A stretch of 64,000 nucleotides of DNA from Octopus bimaculoides (taxonomy: Eukaryota). Below the pieces are notes generated by a model. That model did not search any database. It saw only the letters and a list, made by a program, of their open reading frames with translations, and was not told the DNA's origin. The position numbers and the translations under genes are program-made. This document shows positions 25,181 to 38,123 of this stretch, one piece after another (position 1 is the first letter of the stretch; each line of letters begins with the position of its first letter). Location of the stretch: assembly GCF_001194135.2 (NCBI RefSeq), contig NC_068997.1:33826965-33890964 (forward strand), in the 5' to 3' direction.

Positions 25181-26450
25181 GCTTTCTTTATTTGCCACAT
25201 GGGTTCGTAGAGAAATAGAAATTCGTTGAAATACGTGTGCGATGAGGACAACTAAAGTTATATAGAGACGAAGGGAAGGATGAAAAATGCTTTACAATTA
25301 AAGACAAATTAAAAATTTATATAATAGGTAATTACGCAGTCATAAATGAAATGCATAATAAAACATACAATAACTAGAACAAGGTATAATTAAAAGGAAA
25401 TAAAACATGAAAATTGGATTGGGCTCTCGTACATATACGGTGAAGAAAGCTACTGGTTAGTTTTCTTGCAATCTGCGGTTAGAGTTACCGTCTGACGTTG
25501 CTTATTTGCTGTTTCGTGCTTCCGAAGTCACTCGTTAACTTTTTTATTTGATTGGGGAAGATAACAACCCATGTCTTCAGAGTAAGACTGTTTCAATTTG
25601 TTGTAATGGTTTTTTATAAATTTTTCATAAAACCTGTCCTTCCCGTGTCCTCAGCTGCCATTTTTACATAACCGGAATACGTGATTTTGTCTATTAGCTA
25701 TTGTTTTGATTTTCGAAGGACGGTGAATCTCGGTTGATCGTCCACTTCTTCATAGTCTTCATTATTTCTCCGAGATAGAGATTCATTGTTGTTTTGAGAA
25801 AGTTGTCCCTCCTCACCCGATTTAGTTTCTTTTGATCTTTTGTGACATCTTTTTTTTCCCTTTTGTACTTGCCCCAACTGTTTGGATATTATCACTTCTT
25901 TGCACCATTATCACTTCTTTGTAACAGAATGATGGAACGATGCTACTGGTTTATATTGTTAATGGACGAAGGGCAGTCTGCTCGCTTGTTTTAAGGACTA
26001 GGTACGAAGTGATCTCTGTCATTTCCAGATCTCTGACTGATTGTGCCCCGGAAACTGAGGTTTGCTACATTTGTTGCTGCATTTGATGACCTCATCACCT
26101 TTGTAATTTTGTTTTCTTCTCTATTGCTTCTAGTTCTTTCAAGCAAAAGTCTCCGAGATAACTCTTATTAATTACATGTGTAGCAACTAGGCTCTTTGTT
26201 TTGCATCACCTATTTAATGCTTTTTGTCTTAGTGCTTTTACCTGGGCACAGATCCAGTACGTTCTTCTAGCCTTCGAGGGTCTTTAGAACTCGCAAATAC
26301 ATTTTGATGCCATTTGGTCACAATTCATCTTGCTCGTAATACGATACAAAGTAACTACTAGCCACAGATTCACATCGTTTTTAATATCCCTTATCGTCGC
26401 TCATATATTTTTCTCTTCTATATACTGGAACACCGGTTTGTGGATTATGG
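25181..26450 (-). mobile_element. Tx1-like terminal motif with possible decayed LINE body
   Basis: Terminal cccatgtggcaaataaagaaagc(ATT)n resembles the other Tx1 ends; the upstream sequence is only weakly ORF1-like. Confidence 0.35.
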
Positions 26451-27164
26451 ATTATCTAACAACATTTCATCCGGTGTTTTGACGGAGTCTTCGTTCTTGA
26501 AAGTGCTACAGACTGTTTGTACCATGAATTTATCTTTTCCACTGAGAGAACTTTTGAAATTTCATACTCCTACTTTTTAAAAAGTCGGGATATATAATTT
26601 TTCTTTGCTTTTTCTTTTAGATTAGAGTCTTCAGCAAAGACGCAGATTCTTGCAACTAACTTTTCTCGAGATTTCTGTAAAATCTAAAAGTTCCGTTTCT
26701 GTCTTGACAGAGACAGAACTGGCTTCAACAAAGTTCTATATGAACGAATTAATATGCTTGTTTCTGTGCGAGTATTGTTGTTGCTGTTACCGCTATTTTC
26801 AAAGCTGTCCGTTAGACTGTTCAAAATATTTTCTTCTATTAATTGTTCATTAAAAAGTTCATTATTCCCTCTTTTTGTTAATTTTGTGGTACCATTCGTT
26901 TCTAACCCGCCCTTTTCGACTTCTTTACTTTTGTAATATTTTCTTTGTACGACGTGCGTATCTGCCAGATATTTTGATGTGAAGTGTGGTGAAAATGTGG
27001 AAGCAAATAAAATAAAGTCTGTAAAAACAAACGTTTATTTGTCTAACCACATGTATCGGGACGGGCTATCCTTTTTGGCAAGTACCCCGAAATATTTTCA
27101 TTTGGTAATGATTGAAGAAAGTCGTGTTTCAGAGAGAGAAGAAAAATATGTGTTCACGCTACGA

Positions 27165-27310
27165 GAGTCAATAATAATAATAATGATAATGATGATGGTG
27201 ATGATGAAGATGATGATGATGATGATGATGATGATGATAATAATTATTATTATAATTACTATTATTATAATGACGATTATGGTAATGATGATAACGACGA
27301 CCACGATACT
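27165..27310. repeat. (ATG)n/(ATA)n compound microsatellite
   Basis: Direct reading. Confidence 0.9.
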
Positions 27311-27640
27311 GATAAAAAGACAGGACTCTCCCCCGATCTTAGCTTTTGTTTTTGATGTTTTTATCGAATATGCATCGGTTAAAAGAAACAATATTTATAG
27401 AAAAATAACGTCATCCTCAAGAGCTGCTTAATATAGATTATACTTTCAGTGTACAAAGATAATATGCACGCGTCTCACCTACTTCTTTCTTCTATCGCAG
27501 CCCTCATAATATGGTCTTAGGAAGTGGGGTGAAAGGTAAAAACAAAACTAAGGCTGAATAAGGGTCAGAAAACGTGGTCAAGTCAGCATCAAAATTACAG
27601 GGAAGTTTGGACTTATATGTACGATTATTTATGTCTTTTA

Positions 27641-28092
<452 letters not shown>

Positions 28093-28094
28093 CA

Positions 28095-28205
28095 AATTAA
28101 CAGAAAACAAAAGACGAAGACAGGTGGGGGAACAACAAGCAGCTGTATTAGTTTGATGCTCGAGAAGTCTTCGACGTTTCGTGCCTACGCTCTTCGACAA
28201 TGTGC
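28095..28205 (-). mobile_element. Penelope-like terminal-repeat remnant
   Basis: Minus strand ttgtcgaagagcgtaggcacgaaacg, a variant hammerhead-like core. Confidence 0.4.
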
Positions 28206-28741
28206 AAACGTTTGTGTATAGCAGTTGATGTGTGGTTTGTTCGAGTGATGTGTGCACGTGTGTGTGTGTGTGTTAATGCATGGAGTGTGTGTATGTGTGT
28301 GTGTGTTAGTGCATGGAGTGTGCGTGTGTGTGTGTATGTATGTATGTGTGACCCTATAGTGTGTATGTGTATTGTGTATGTTTATGCGCGAAAGTTGTGC
28401 GTTTTTGCGTGTGTTGATTGTCAGTGTTCAGGCATCTTGTGCGCATGTGCATTGTGTGTGCTTTTTGTAGTGAATACTGCGCGTTGTGTGGGAATGCATA
28501 GAGGTGCAAGGTGGGAAAGGGATGACGAGAGATAGGAATTAGGAGGTGTTGGGTGTTAGTGTGTGTGGAGTGGGAAGGTGTGTGTGAATGCATGTACATG
28601 TGAGTGTGTGTGGAAGTGTGCATAATAGTGTGTGGTGTGGGTACTGAGTTGAACAATGTGCAGGAGTGTTCATCTAGTGGTGTGCGTGGTGAGGATATTG
28701 GATATATATAATATATATATATATATTTTATATATTTTATT

Positions 28742-28924
28742 CTTTTACTTGTTTCAGTCATTTGGACTGCGATCATGCTGGAGTACCGCCTGTAGTCGAA
28801 CGAATCAAACCCAAGATTTATTCTTTCTAAGCCTGGTACTTATTCTATTGGTCTCTTGCCGAACTGGTAAGTTTCGGTGACGTAAACACACCAACAATGG
28901 TTATCAAGCGATGGCAGACACACA

Positions 28925-28971
<47 letters not shown>

Positions 28972-29138
28972 CACACACACACACGACGGGGTTCTTTCAG
29001 TTTCTGTCTACCAAATTCACTCACAAGGCTTTGATCGACGCGAAACTATAATAGAAGACACTTGCCCAAGGTGCCACGCAGAGGGACTCAACCCAGATCC
29101 ATGTGGTTGGGAAGCAAGCTTCTTACCAAACAGCCACG
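28742..29138 (-). mobile_element. SINE family B, full (head-(TG)n-tail)
   Basis: A-box TGGCTGTTTGG, B-box-like GGTTGAGTCC, internal CA/TG repeat, tail ending gactgaaacaagtaaaaga. Confidence 0.88.
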
Positions 29139-30504
29139 ATATATATCCTTTAAGTTCGTTTATGTGAAACGTTTTTGAGTGCATTCATAAAAAGCCCCTA
29201 TGCTATTTATTCCGGCTACCAGTTATTACTTTCATCTTTCAGAGTAATTTTATGGGATGGCTATCAGCTTGGTACCGCTATAGCGCAGGATAAATTTAGT
29301 AATAACGAGAACTTTACAGCAGTGTTTGGAAGCAACGTGTGTAGCGTGTATTCGTCGCATTGACCAAGACAGAGGAAGTTGGATTGGATCTGTAGTCTCC
29401 GAATCAGATTTCTCCTTTCTGGTTTGAGAAGCCTAATTTCACAAGATTGGTATGTATGTATGTATGTATGTATGTATGTATGTATGTATGTATGTATGTA
29501 TGCATGCATGCATGTATGTATGTACGTTNNNNNNNNNNNNNNNNNNNNNNNNNNNNNNNNNNNNNNNNNNNNNNNNNNNNNNNNNNNNNNNNNNNNNNNN
29601 NNNNNNNNNNNNNNNNNNNNNNNNNNNNNNNNNNNNNNNNNNNNNNNNNNNNNNNNNNNNNNNNNNNNNNNNNNNNNNNNNNNNNNNNNNNNNNNNNNNN
29701 NNNNNNNNNNNNNNNNNNNNNNNNNNNNNNNNNNNNNNNNNNNNNNNNNNNNNNNNNNNNNNNNNNNNNNNNNNNNNNNNNNACAAGATTGGTATGTATG
29801 TATGTATGTATGTATGTATGTATGTATGTATGTATGTATGTATGCATGCATGCATGTATGTATGTACGTTCATATGTGTGTGTATGTGTATAGAAAAATA
29901 ATTAAAAAGAGAATGGCCCTACGCCATTCTCTTTACAATTATTTTATTAAACGATTTCCAAATAAATTTTAAAGTAGAGAATCTATATTTTAATCTAATC
30001 CTTTAAATTTGGTTTCTTAGACGGACAAGAGCTGTCGTTATAATTGTTTAATCTCACTTTGTACTGGCAGATACAGGGAACAGATTAACGTTTGAAGACC
30101 CAAAGCAATTCGGTAGACAAAGTGCATGTAACAATAAATGTGAATGCATGTGATTTCAAACAACCTTACATGGGGATGGTATAGATTTTAAGAATTCAGA
30201 GGATTAAGGTGTCCCGCAAAAATCTCAGTGATTAAAAAACAAAACGAAAGAACTAAAATTTACGGTATTATAAGGCTTTGAAGCACACAAACGGAGAGCG
30301 TAATGCGGACGTGCATACTCGTAAACGCTCGTCTCATTTAGTATTTCTTTATTTCATCCAGTTGCATTAAATAGTCAAATATGAAATTATTGATTATTCA
30401 TGAGGTTGTCGGAAGCTTACCTCTGCTGTTTATTGCTCACCAAACACTGAACACAATCTAATATCGAATGTTTACAATTACTGTTGGAATATTAGAAATC
30501 ACCA

Positions 30505-30710
30505 AGGCGGTGAGTTGGCAGAATCGTTACCGCGCCAGGCAAAATGCTTAGCAGCAGTTCATCCGTCTTTATGTTCTGAGTTCAAATGCCGCCAGGGTCG
30601 ACTTTGTCTTTCATCCCTTTCGGGTTCCATAAAATCAGTACCAGTTGAACTCTGGGCGCGATTTTAAGGGACCCAATCCCACCTTGTGCTAAAATTTGAA
30701 ACCAATATTA
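30505..30710 (+). mobile_element. SINE family A
   Basis: Head, B-box and tail recognisable. Confidence 0.8.
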
Positions 30711-31447
30711 GAAACCAACGCCAGATTACAGAAAATAAGAAGTAAAATAGTCCTGTCCTTCTCGAACGCTGGAACATAATTTGGACATTAAAGTCGTTTT
30801 CAGTTGATGTCCAGGACTGTCAGAGCTCGGATGAACGAGTCTACAGGGTAGAAGACACTTATTTTAAAGACTGGCCATCGATACTTAACTCTCAAATAAG
30901 TATGACTATCTGTTGTGACGTAACCGCAGAATTAAAGAGTATTTGAACTTCATTTACTTCCACAGGAAAAGTCATCAGCGATAGACCATCGTTGTATCCA
31001 AGGGAAACTTATCTTTTTTATACTTACAAGATCGAAGATTAGAATAATCCCCAACGACTATTATGATTTGTAAAAGGATTAGTTAACTATCAGTTAGTGA
31101 TAGCTAATTGAACTTCATTAGTTACATGATAATTATCTTGCTTAAAGCTATGATTGTATTTCTGCATGCATCATTTATCAGATAGGTGGATTATATTTCT
31201 CCATTTTCTTAGTTTATAATTTGAAAGACTACATTTTCCTAACAACATTCTCAGATAAGCGGAATAGACGAAACAGAATTGTTTCTGCCAGTGAACAGCA
31301 TCATATATTCTCACACCTCTTCATACACTAAAAACGTCATCCAGCTACTTTCTTCTGTATCCTGTACAAAATAAATGGCGGTCTCAAGCAGAATATGAGT
31401 TCGGACATGAATAGCTCAGGTTTCAAGACAATATAAAGAGAAATTCT

Positions 31448-31453
31448 TCTTAC
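31448..31453 (-). promoter_or_regulatory. hedgehog exon 5' splice donor
   Basis: G|GTAAGA at the conserved phase-1 position. Confidence 0.9.
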
Positions 31454-31715
31454 CCGATCGCACTGAACAGTGAATGTGGCTTCTTGACTCGTAGTAAACC
31501 CAGTCAAAGCCTGCTTCCACAGCTAAACGCGCCAGCATCCCATAGCGTGATCGAACTCGATCACTAGTAGTTATGTCCACTGCTCGACCCTCGTAGTGAA
31601 GTGATGTGGGTGCATGGTGGCCCTGTGTATCCCAAGCTTCAGTCACGCGTAATTTTACTCCAGGCCATTCATTCATGACAGCAATAGCCAGGGTGTTTAG
31701 CTTGTCTTTACATCT
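31454..31715 (-). CDS. hh: Hedgehog signalling-domain internal exon (equivalent to SHH exon 2, residues R101-E188)
   Basis: Translation [87 protein letters not shown]+G. About 72/87 identical to human SHH as recalled from memory. Zn-site residues H140, D147, H182 and E176 are present. Acceptor tttttaccctttcag|AGA, donor TCG G|gtaaga. The 262-bp, phase 0/1 layout matches SHH exon 2. Confidence 0.97.
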
Positions 31716-31755
31716 CTGAAAGGGTAAAAAGACAATAATAATAATAATGGTGAGG
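31716..31755 (-). promoter_or_regulatory. hedgehog exon 3' splice acceptor, short polypyrimidine tract and candidate branch point
   Basis: Minus strand reads cctcAccattattattattattattgtctttttaccctttcag. CTCAC fits the yUnAy consensus, with the A at 31751. Confidence 0.7.
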
Positions 31756-31777
31756 ATGATGATGATGATAATAATGG

Positions 31778-31844
<67 letters not shown>
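31734..31844. repeat. (AAT)n/(GAT)n compound microsatellite adjoining the hedgehog acceptor
   Basis: Direct reading. Confidence 0.95.
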
Positions 31845-31847
<3 letters not shown>

Positions 31848-32222
31848 GCAGTGGCGCTCTTGGCCTCTGATCTTAACTGGTTGGAAGTGTTATCATGCAC
31901 ATTTTTTTGTCTTGGTATAAAAGATAGGCTACAGTAAATATTCTGCTCAATTCCACAGAGTTGCTTGTCAGTTGTTTGACCTTAACCAGTTGAGCATGTC
32001 CCTTGGTGGCTGAAGCTATGTGCATCTCTAATCACGAGCAGAAGTAGTGGGGGAGCATCATAGCCATGTGTTGAGAGGAATTATTTGGGGTTTGAATAAT
32101 TCATGCCTGGAAACATGGGTTTTTCGTTCAGCATCCTTAAACAAACCTTATTCAGAGACCTAATGAGCGGGTTGGGCTACTCAACCTGAAGAAAATTCTA
32201 ACTGGGCCCCACCTGCGAGGGT
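31845..32222 (+). repeat. Interspersed repeat family D, second copy
   Basis: gtcagttgtttgaccttaaccagttgagcatgtccctt..gaagaaaattctaactgggcccc shared with 23140-23480. Confidence 0.8.
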
Positions 32223-32229
32223 AAAACTG

Positions 32230-33482
32230 ATTATGAAAACAGAACTGAATTTCCAGAATAGGATTCAAGCCATTAATTCACTTGCTGTCCTAGTGGTACT
32301 GTACAGTTATAATCTAATTAAATGGAATATAAATGAACTCCAACGAATGAACACCAAAACGAGAAAACTAATGACAGTAAACAGGATGCATCATCCAAAA
32401 ACTGATGTTCATAGAATCTACGTTCTCCGGAAAGGGGGTGGTAGAGGCCTCATCCATTAGAATTATCCTACAAAACCACTACAAAAGGATACATCTAGGA
32501 TAACTACTACAAAAAGAGAGCAAAAGCTACATTCTGTCATTAAAGAGGTATAGAAGTATAAAAGAGAACCAAACTTAAATGTAAATGAAGCTGCCAAAGC
32601 TGCAATAGTGACAGAAGTAGCAAAATACGACAAAGAAGATTTGGAAAAGCTTATAAACAAATGGCAAGAGAAATAATCGCACCATGGTTAAAATTCCAAA
32701 CGAACAAGGGAAGCATATATAGATAAAGAAAGAACACATCAGTGGTTGTGAAGTTTAGGGATAAAGGCAGAATCTGAAGGTTTTATAATAGCAGTTTAGG
32801 ATCAATCTCTACTCACACCAAATTACGAAGCAAACGTTCAACACAATGGTCCAAACCCAAACTGTAGACTGTGTTATAAAAGTATTGAAACCATCGACTA
32901 CATTGTGGATGCCTGGTTTAAACTCGCAATATCCGAGTACAAAACCAGACATGATCGAATAGGGCAGTACTACATTGGAATATCTGTTGCCATTCCAAAG
33001 AACTGGTATGAACATCACCGGAAACCAATCACAAAAGGTAATAGAGTTATTTTTCTGTGGGACTTTACCATCCATACTGACGGACAAATAAATACAAATA
33101 GACCTGATATTATTACCAAAGATCACCGACAAAATGCCTGCTAACTAATAGCTTTCACAGAACTAGCTGATCGAAGTATTTCAGTCAAAGAATTCGAAGA
33201 GTTAGCTAAATACAAGGACCTCGAAATAGAAATCAGCAGAATGTGGGAGTTGCAAACAAAACCTCCACCGGTAGTAGTAGGAGCTCTAGGCATATCTAAA
33301 AAAGGGTCTTCGATATTTATTGATAAAATATCTGGAAAATCAAATATACAGGATGTCCAAAAGTTTGCACTAACCGGTACAGTCCACCACTTGAAACAAT
33401 TCCTATCATTATAACATTGTTACTAGTCTTAGGTCTCAGATAGAAACACGGGTAGTAACTAAAATGCCCCGAAATCAAGCTA
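32230..33482 (+). mobile_element. 5'-truncated R4/Dong-like element with (TAA)n tail
   Basis: NRIQAINSLAV..KTRKLMTVNRMHHPKTDVHRIYVLRKGGGRGL; RHDRIG..FLWDFTIHTD..NRPDII; PVVVGALG; tail array 33482-33565. Confidence 0.85.
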
Positions 33483-33502
33483 TAATAATAATAATAATAA
33501 TG

Positions 33503-33565
<63 letters not shown>

Positions 33566-33568
<3 letters not shown>

Positions 33569-34215
33569 TCTTTATCGGTCACCAGGGCCGAACACAAAAC
33601 ATGGAGGATGATACACAGATGAGGGACAGGGAGGTTAAGCGTGTAAACAGCAAACAAACACAACAATTAACAAAGCGGGGGAGGAGTTCCAACGTAAGGT
33701 GACCAAAGAGACCTCACGCACTTTGGACCCCTTAACACCAAAGGCACCTCAGGAAGTTACCCTCTCTTCTCCCTTCCATCCGGCCTACAGTCGCACACTT
33801 AGAGTAGGCCCATTTACGCGGGCCATTGTTGCCACATTCACCCACTTTTCAACGAACTTACTGAGTGATAGTACCTCTCTCTCCAGCCTCACTTTCCTTT
33901 TCAGGTGGAGCCTGAAAAAATCAATGAGGCCTTTGCCAAAGAGGAAGGTACCCGTCTTCAACTCTTTCAATCGCATCCACCACACAACCTCTTTTGCCAT
34001 AGCCACCAGACAGAAAAAATTGCCCTCCCTTCCTGGGCAAAGGAAGGAGGCGGCGCGATTTTCACAATGGACTCGGACGATAGGTGGATATGTCCTACAC
34101 GTGACAATAACTGTTCGACAAAGCTCCACAAGTCAGCAATGCGCGGTCACAGTAATAATGATTATCCCGAGACCATAATGTATTGGGAGGAGGACCACTT
34201 TAGCCTTGGCCGGTA
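33566..34215 (-). mobile_element. Tx1-clade LINE 3' fragment
   Basis: CLVAMAKEVVWWMRLKELK..GLIDFFRLHLKRKVRLEREVL..WVNVATMARV; terminal gccctggtgaccgataaagaaag then (ATT)n. Confidence 0.82.
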
Positions 34216-35220
34216 GTTTCTCCTTAAAGATGGTGTCATGATAAAAATAGCGTTTGTTGCTTCACCTCACTACAGATAAAAATTCATATCACAACTGAAT
34301 CAATAAGACTGGATCTCCAAGCAAAGACCTCTCGCACAGCAAGTATCCAATTCAATTTTACAGAATAATGAACCTATTGCTTATACAACTACTGTTGCAA
34401 GGATTCGGTGAAGGTGGTCTCAAAGTAACAACAAAATCTTTATGGGATATTACTACAGGAGCAAGCCGGGCAAAATAGGATACAGAAAAAGAATGCGTAA
34501 AATATGAATAGAGGGGGACATGTTCCTCGCAACAGAACAAAGATTTCTGAAAAAAAGTTGTAATTCCAGTTGGAAGAGATTGTCAACAGACTGAAAGAAG
34601 TAAAATATGATTACATAGGAGAAAAATCGAACCAGAAATAGAAGAAAGATCAATGAGGAAAAAAGAAGTAGTGAGGGTGAAAATAAATTTTACTTGATGG
34701 AGGTAAAGGAAATTACAGAAGAGAAAAGAAGCATACTTCAACAGAATGAGGTGACCAGCTTCGAAAATATATAAGCAGTATAGAGACTCGTTAAACTATT
34801 AGCGAAAATCAAAGTTGTGAATGTAACAGACGTTAATGTGTGCAGCCTCTGTTACTGTAGACATTCATGGAGTCGGAAGTCGAGCAAAGTTCATGGTGGG
34901 AATAGAGACTTGAAAATCAAGTTGAACAGCTCATTAGAGATCTTGGAGGGTAAGACAATGAAGGAAACATAAGGATGAATTCCAAAGAAAGCAAAGTATA
35001 AGACACAGAAGCTTTCAGGCAGCTAAAGAGAGAAAAGATATAAAGAGAGATATGGCAAAGTCAAGTAAAAGTACTACATATCAACAACGAATAAATAAAT
35101 ATCAGTAGATCAAAAATTTTGAGAAACAATAGAAGGGAATTGTATCAACAGCCGAATAATGAGGATGGACATCAAGAGAATGATATACCAAATGCTGAAG
35201 TAGTAAGGAAATTTTGGCTG

Positions 35221-35370
35221 GATAAGTCGATTACATCGACTCCAGTGTTCAACTGGTGCTTATTTTACCGACTCCGAAAGGAGGAGAGGCAAAGTCGACC
35301 TCCGCGGAATTTGAACTCAGAACATAAAGACAGACGAAATATTGCTCGTCAGTATTGCCTGGCGTCTAAG
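35221..35370 (-). mobile_element. SINE family A, partial
   Basis: Core gtcgacc..tttgaactcagaac block. Confidence 0.7.
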
Positions 35371-35571
35371 AGAGGGTTAAAATAATAGAAAAGAAAGATG
35401 TTTAAAAAGATACTAAGCTGGTAAGCGTCTGGATCCGATGATATTAAGGCATTCTAGTTTTAAAATCTCACAAGCATACACTGTACTAAAAGTTCTTACA
35501 GATTGTAAGAACAATCATCACTTTGGATGACAAAAGAAAAGGCAGTTTTAATACAAGAGATATATAGAGAG

Positions 35572-35625
35572 AGAAAGAGAGGGAGAGAGAGAAAGAGAGA
35601 GAGAGAGAGGGAGAAAGAGAGAGAG

Positions 35626-35708
<83 letters not shown>
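35572..35708. repeat. (GA)n microsatellite
   Basis: Direct reading; similar GA/CT tracts at 11819-11960 and 42010-42150. Confidence 0.95.
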
Positions 35709-36537
35709 CGGAGGAAGTCAGTGATTGTAAGCCTATTATATGCTTATCATTGCTCTGGAAATTGCTAACTGGTCTCAAAGCAGATGGTTTGTATATCTGA
35801 CGAAAGAGAAACTTTTACCAGAAGAGTAAAAAAGGAATGCAGAATGAAAACAAAGAGGGACTACTGATTTATTGTATAAGGATTACAATGATATACAAAA
35901 TGAATTGTGGATAAGAAAGAACTTAACTGTGTGGAAAAGGGAACGAAAATATTAGCCATCTAAGCGAGTGCAGTAAGCTGATACAAAAAAGTATAAACAA
36001 AAAAGTATAACTCTGTTGGTAAAATAATGCATTAAGATGTTAAGCAAGCCTGTGGATTTGAAATACCGGAAACACGAACCAGACGCTGTTAAGGTGAATA
36101 GTAATTACAAGATTATGGAATTTCACTCTGGAAACTGATCATATTATTGAAGCAAGGAGACCGGATATAATCGCGGTACCCGGCGAATAATCAGTTTTTG
36201 CAACTTCATATGATAATTGAGTGGATATGAAGGAAACTTAGAAAATTGAGAAATATCAGGGCCTCGCCAGAGAGATGAAGGGAATGTGGAGAACAAGAGT
36301 GAAAATTATTTGTGGCAATTGCTGCATTCAGCACAATGTCCTAACTGCTACTACTCGAGTTACCCAGACTGCTGATTAATATTAAAATTGAGACGTGTTG
36401 CTGACCCGTAGATAAAAGCCATCCTTTTATTCTGCAAGAAACCCAAGAAAGATTTTTGAGATTTGAGGAGACTTGTTGTCACCAAATCTTACGATAACAT
36501 TTATATTAACATTTAAATTAGCATGTAATAGTATTTG

Positions 36538-36599
<62 letters not shown>

Positions 36600-37036
36600 T
36601 AATTAGAAGAATAGAAAAATAAGCAGACAAGAACTAAGAAATTATTGTTTTATTTAGCCACAGAAAAAGATCAGCTTCCGAGATTATTGAGGTCATTGCC
36701 CTTAAAACTACAAAAGAACGCTTGCAAAAAAAATTCGTACGTACGAAATATTAATATAATTAAATGTATAGAATATTTAATTGAGAAATTTATTTTAAAA
36801 TGCCTGAACAAAAGAAGATTCCTGCTAGAAAGGTCACGAATTCTCCATTAAACCTAAACCCTATCACATTGAAGAGTCGGTGCATTGCTTACGTCAGTCT
36901 CCTTACTCTCCATTCACTTTTTTTAATAAATACATCTAAAGGCAAGATTTCCCCCCACTCAGCCAGTTAATTACTCATCTTTATTATATCAGAAATAATT
37001 TTCAATCCATTTCAGTTGGGTGCATGCGTCTCGATT

Positions 37037-37080
<44 letters not shown>

Positions 37081-37726
37081 NNNNNNNNNNNNNNNNNNNN
37101 NNNNNNNNNNNNNNNNNNNNNNNNNNNNNNNNNNNNNNNNNNNNNNNNNNNNNNNNNNNNNNNNNNNNNNNNNNNNNNNNNNNNNNNNNNNNNNNNNNNN
37201 NNNNNNNNNNNNNNNNNNNNNNNNNNNNNNNNNNNNNNNNNNNNNNNNNNNNNNNNNNNNNNNNNNNNNNNNNNNNNNNNNNNNNNNNNNNNATATATAT
37301 ATATATATATATACCGAAGTCTTTCGCCATGCTCCCTAATATAACGCTTCAACAAACCGAGCGAGACAAGATAAGTGGCAGACATAAAAACAAGTACTGG
37401 GCTGAGTATAATCCAGCTAAAAACCTTTCAAGCCAGTGTCTGTGTTCGACCGCAGTGCAACGACTGAAACAAATAAAACAATGGAATGAAATAAACATCG
37501 TTTCAGTCTTCAGCAAATGTTTGGAGATTAGCTGGTGGATTAGTGACTTAACTCGTATGACTAGTGCTGTGTTATATCCAAAGCACAGACATGTATCACA
37601 CAATTACCTGTGCAACATGGTCACAAACAGTTACTATTTGATGTAAAACACCAATGTATGCAGCAAGCGTCACTGTATCTTTAACAAGTAGTTGATTAGA
37701 ATAGTATTTAGTTTAACTACTTTTAT

Positions 37727-38123
37727 CTTTTACACATTTTAGTCATTAGACTGCGGCAATGCTGGAACACCACGTTGAAGAACTTTTAGTCGAATGAATC
37801 GCCCCCAATACTTCTTTTTTTTCGTTTTCTTTAAGCTTAGAACTTATTCTATCAGGCTCTTTGCCGAGCCGCTAAGTTACGGGGACATAAACGAACCAAC
37901 ACTGGCTGACAAGCGAAGGTGGAAGACAAACACTGACACAAGCACACACACACATACACACACACATGACGGTCTTCTTTCAGTTTCCCTCCACCAAATC
38001 CACTCACATGGTTTTGCTGAGCCCGAGGCTTTAGTAAAAGACACTTTCCCACGGTGCCATTCAATAGGACTGAAACCAGAACCACGTGATTGGGAAGCAA
38101 ACTTCTTAACGCACAGCCACGCC
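37727..38123 (-). mobile_element. SINE family B, full
   Basis: Same tripartite structure. Confidence 0.85.

Larger units (their letters stand above)
34990..36520 (+). mobile_element. Degenerate, deleted R4/Dong-like element (interrupted by a SINE and a GA repeat)
   Basis: FENNRRELYQQ..VVRKFW; KPIICLSLLWKLLTG; RRPDII; EKYQGLAREMKGMW; (AAT)n at 36540-36600 follows. Confidence 0.65.

Noticed and set aside
29441-29870. Identical acaagattgg(TATG)n..gtacgtt on both sides of an N gap
   Set aside because: Typical overlap of contig ends across a spurious gap
31416-31676. ORF-track start (MNEW) and C-terminal [12 protein letters not shown] as protein ends
   Set aside because: The Met is internal and the tail is intron read-through; the true exon is 31454-31715, bounded by splice sites
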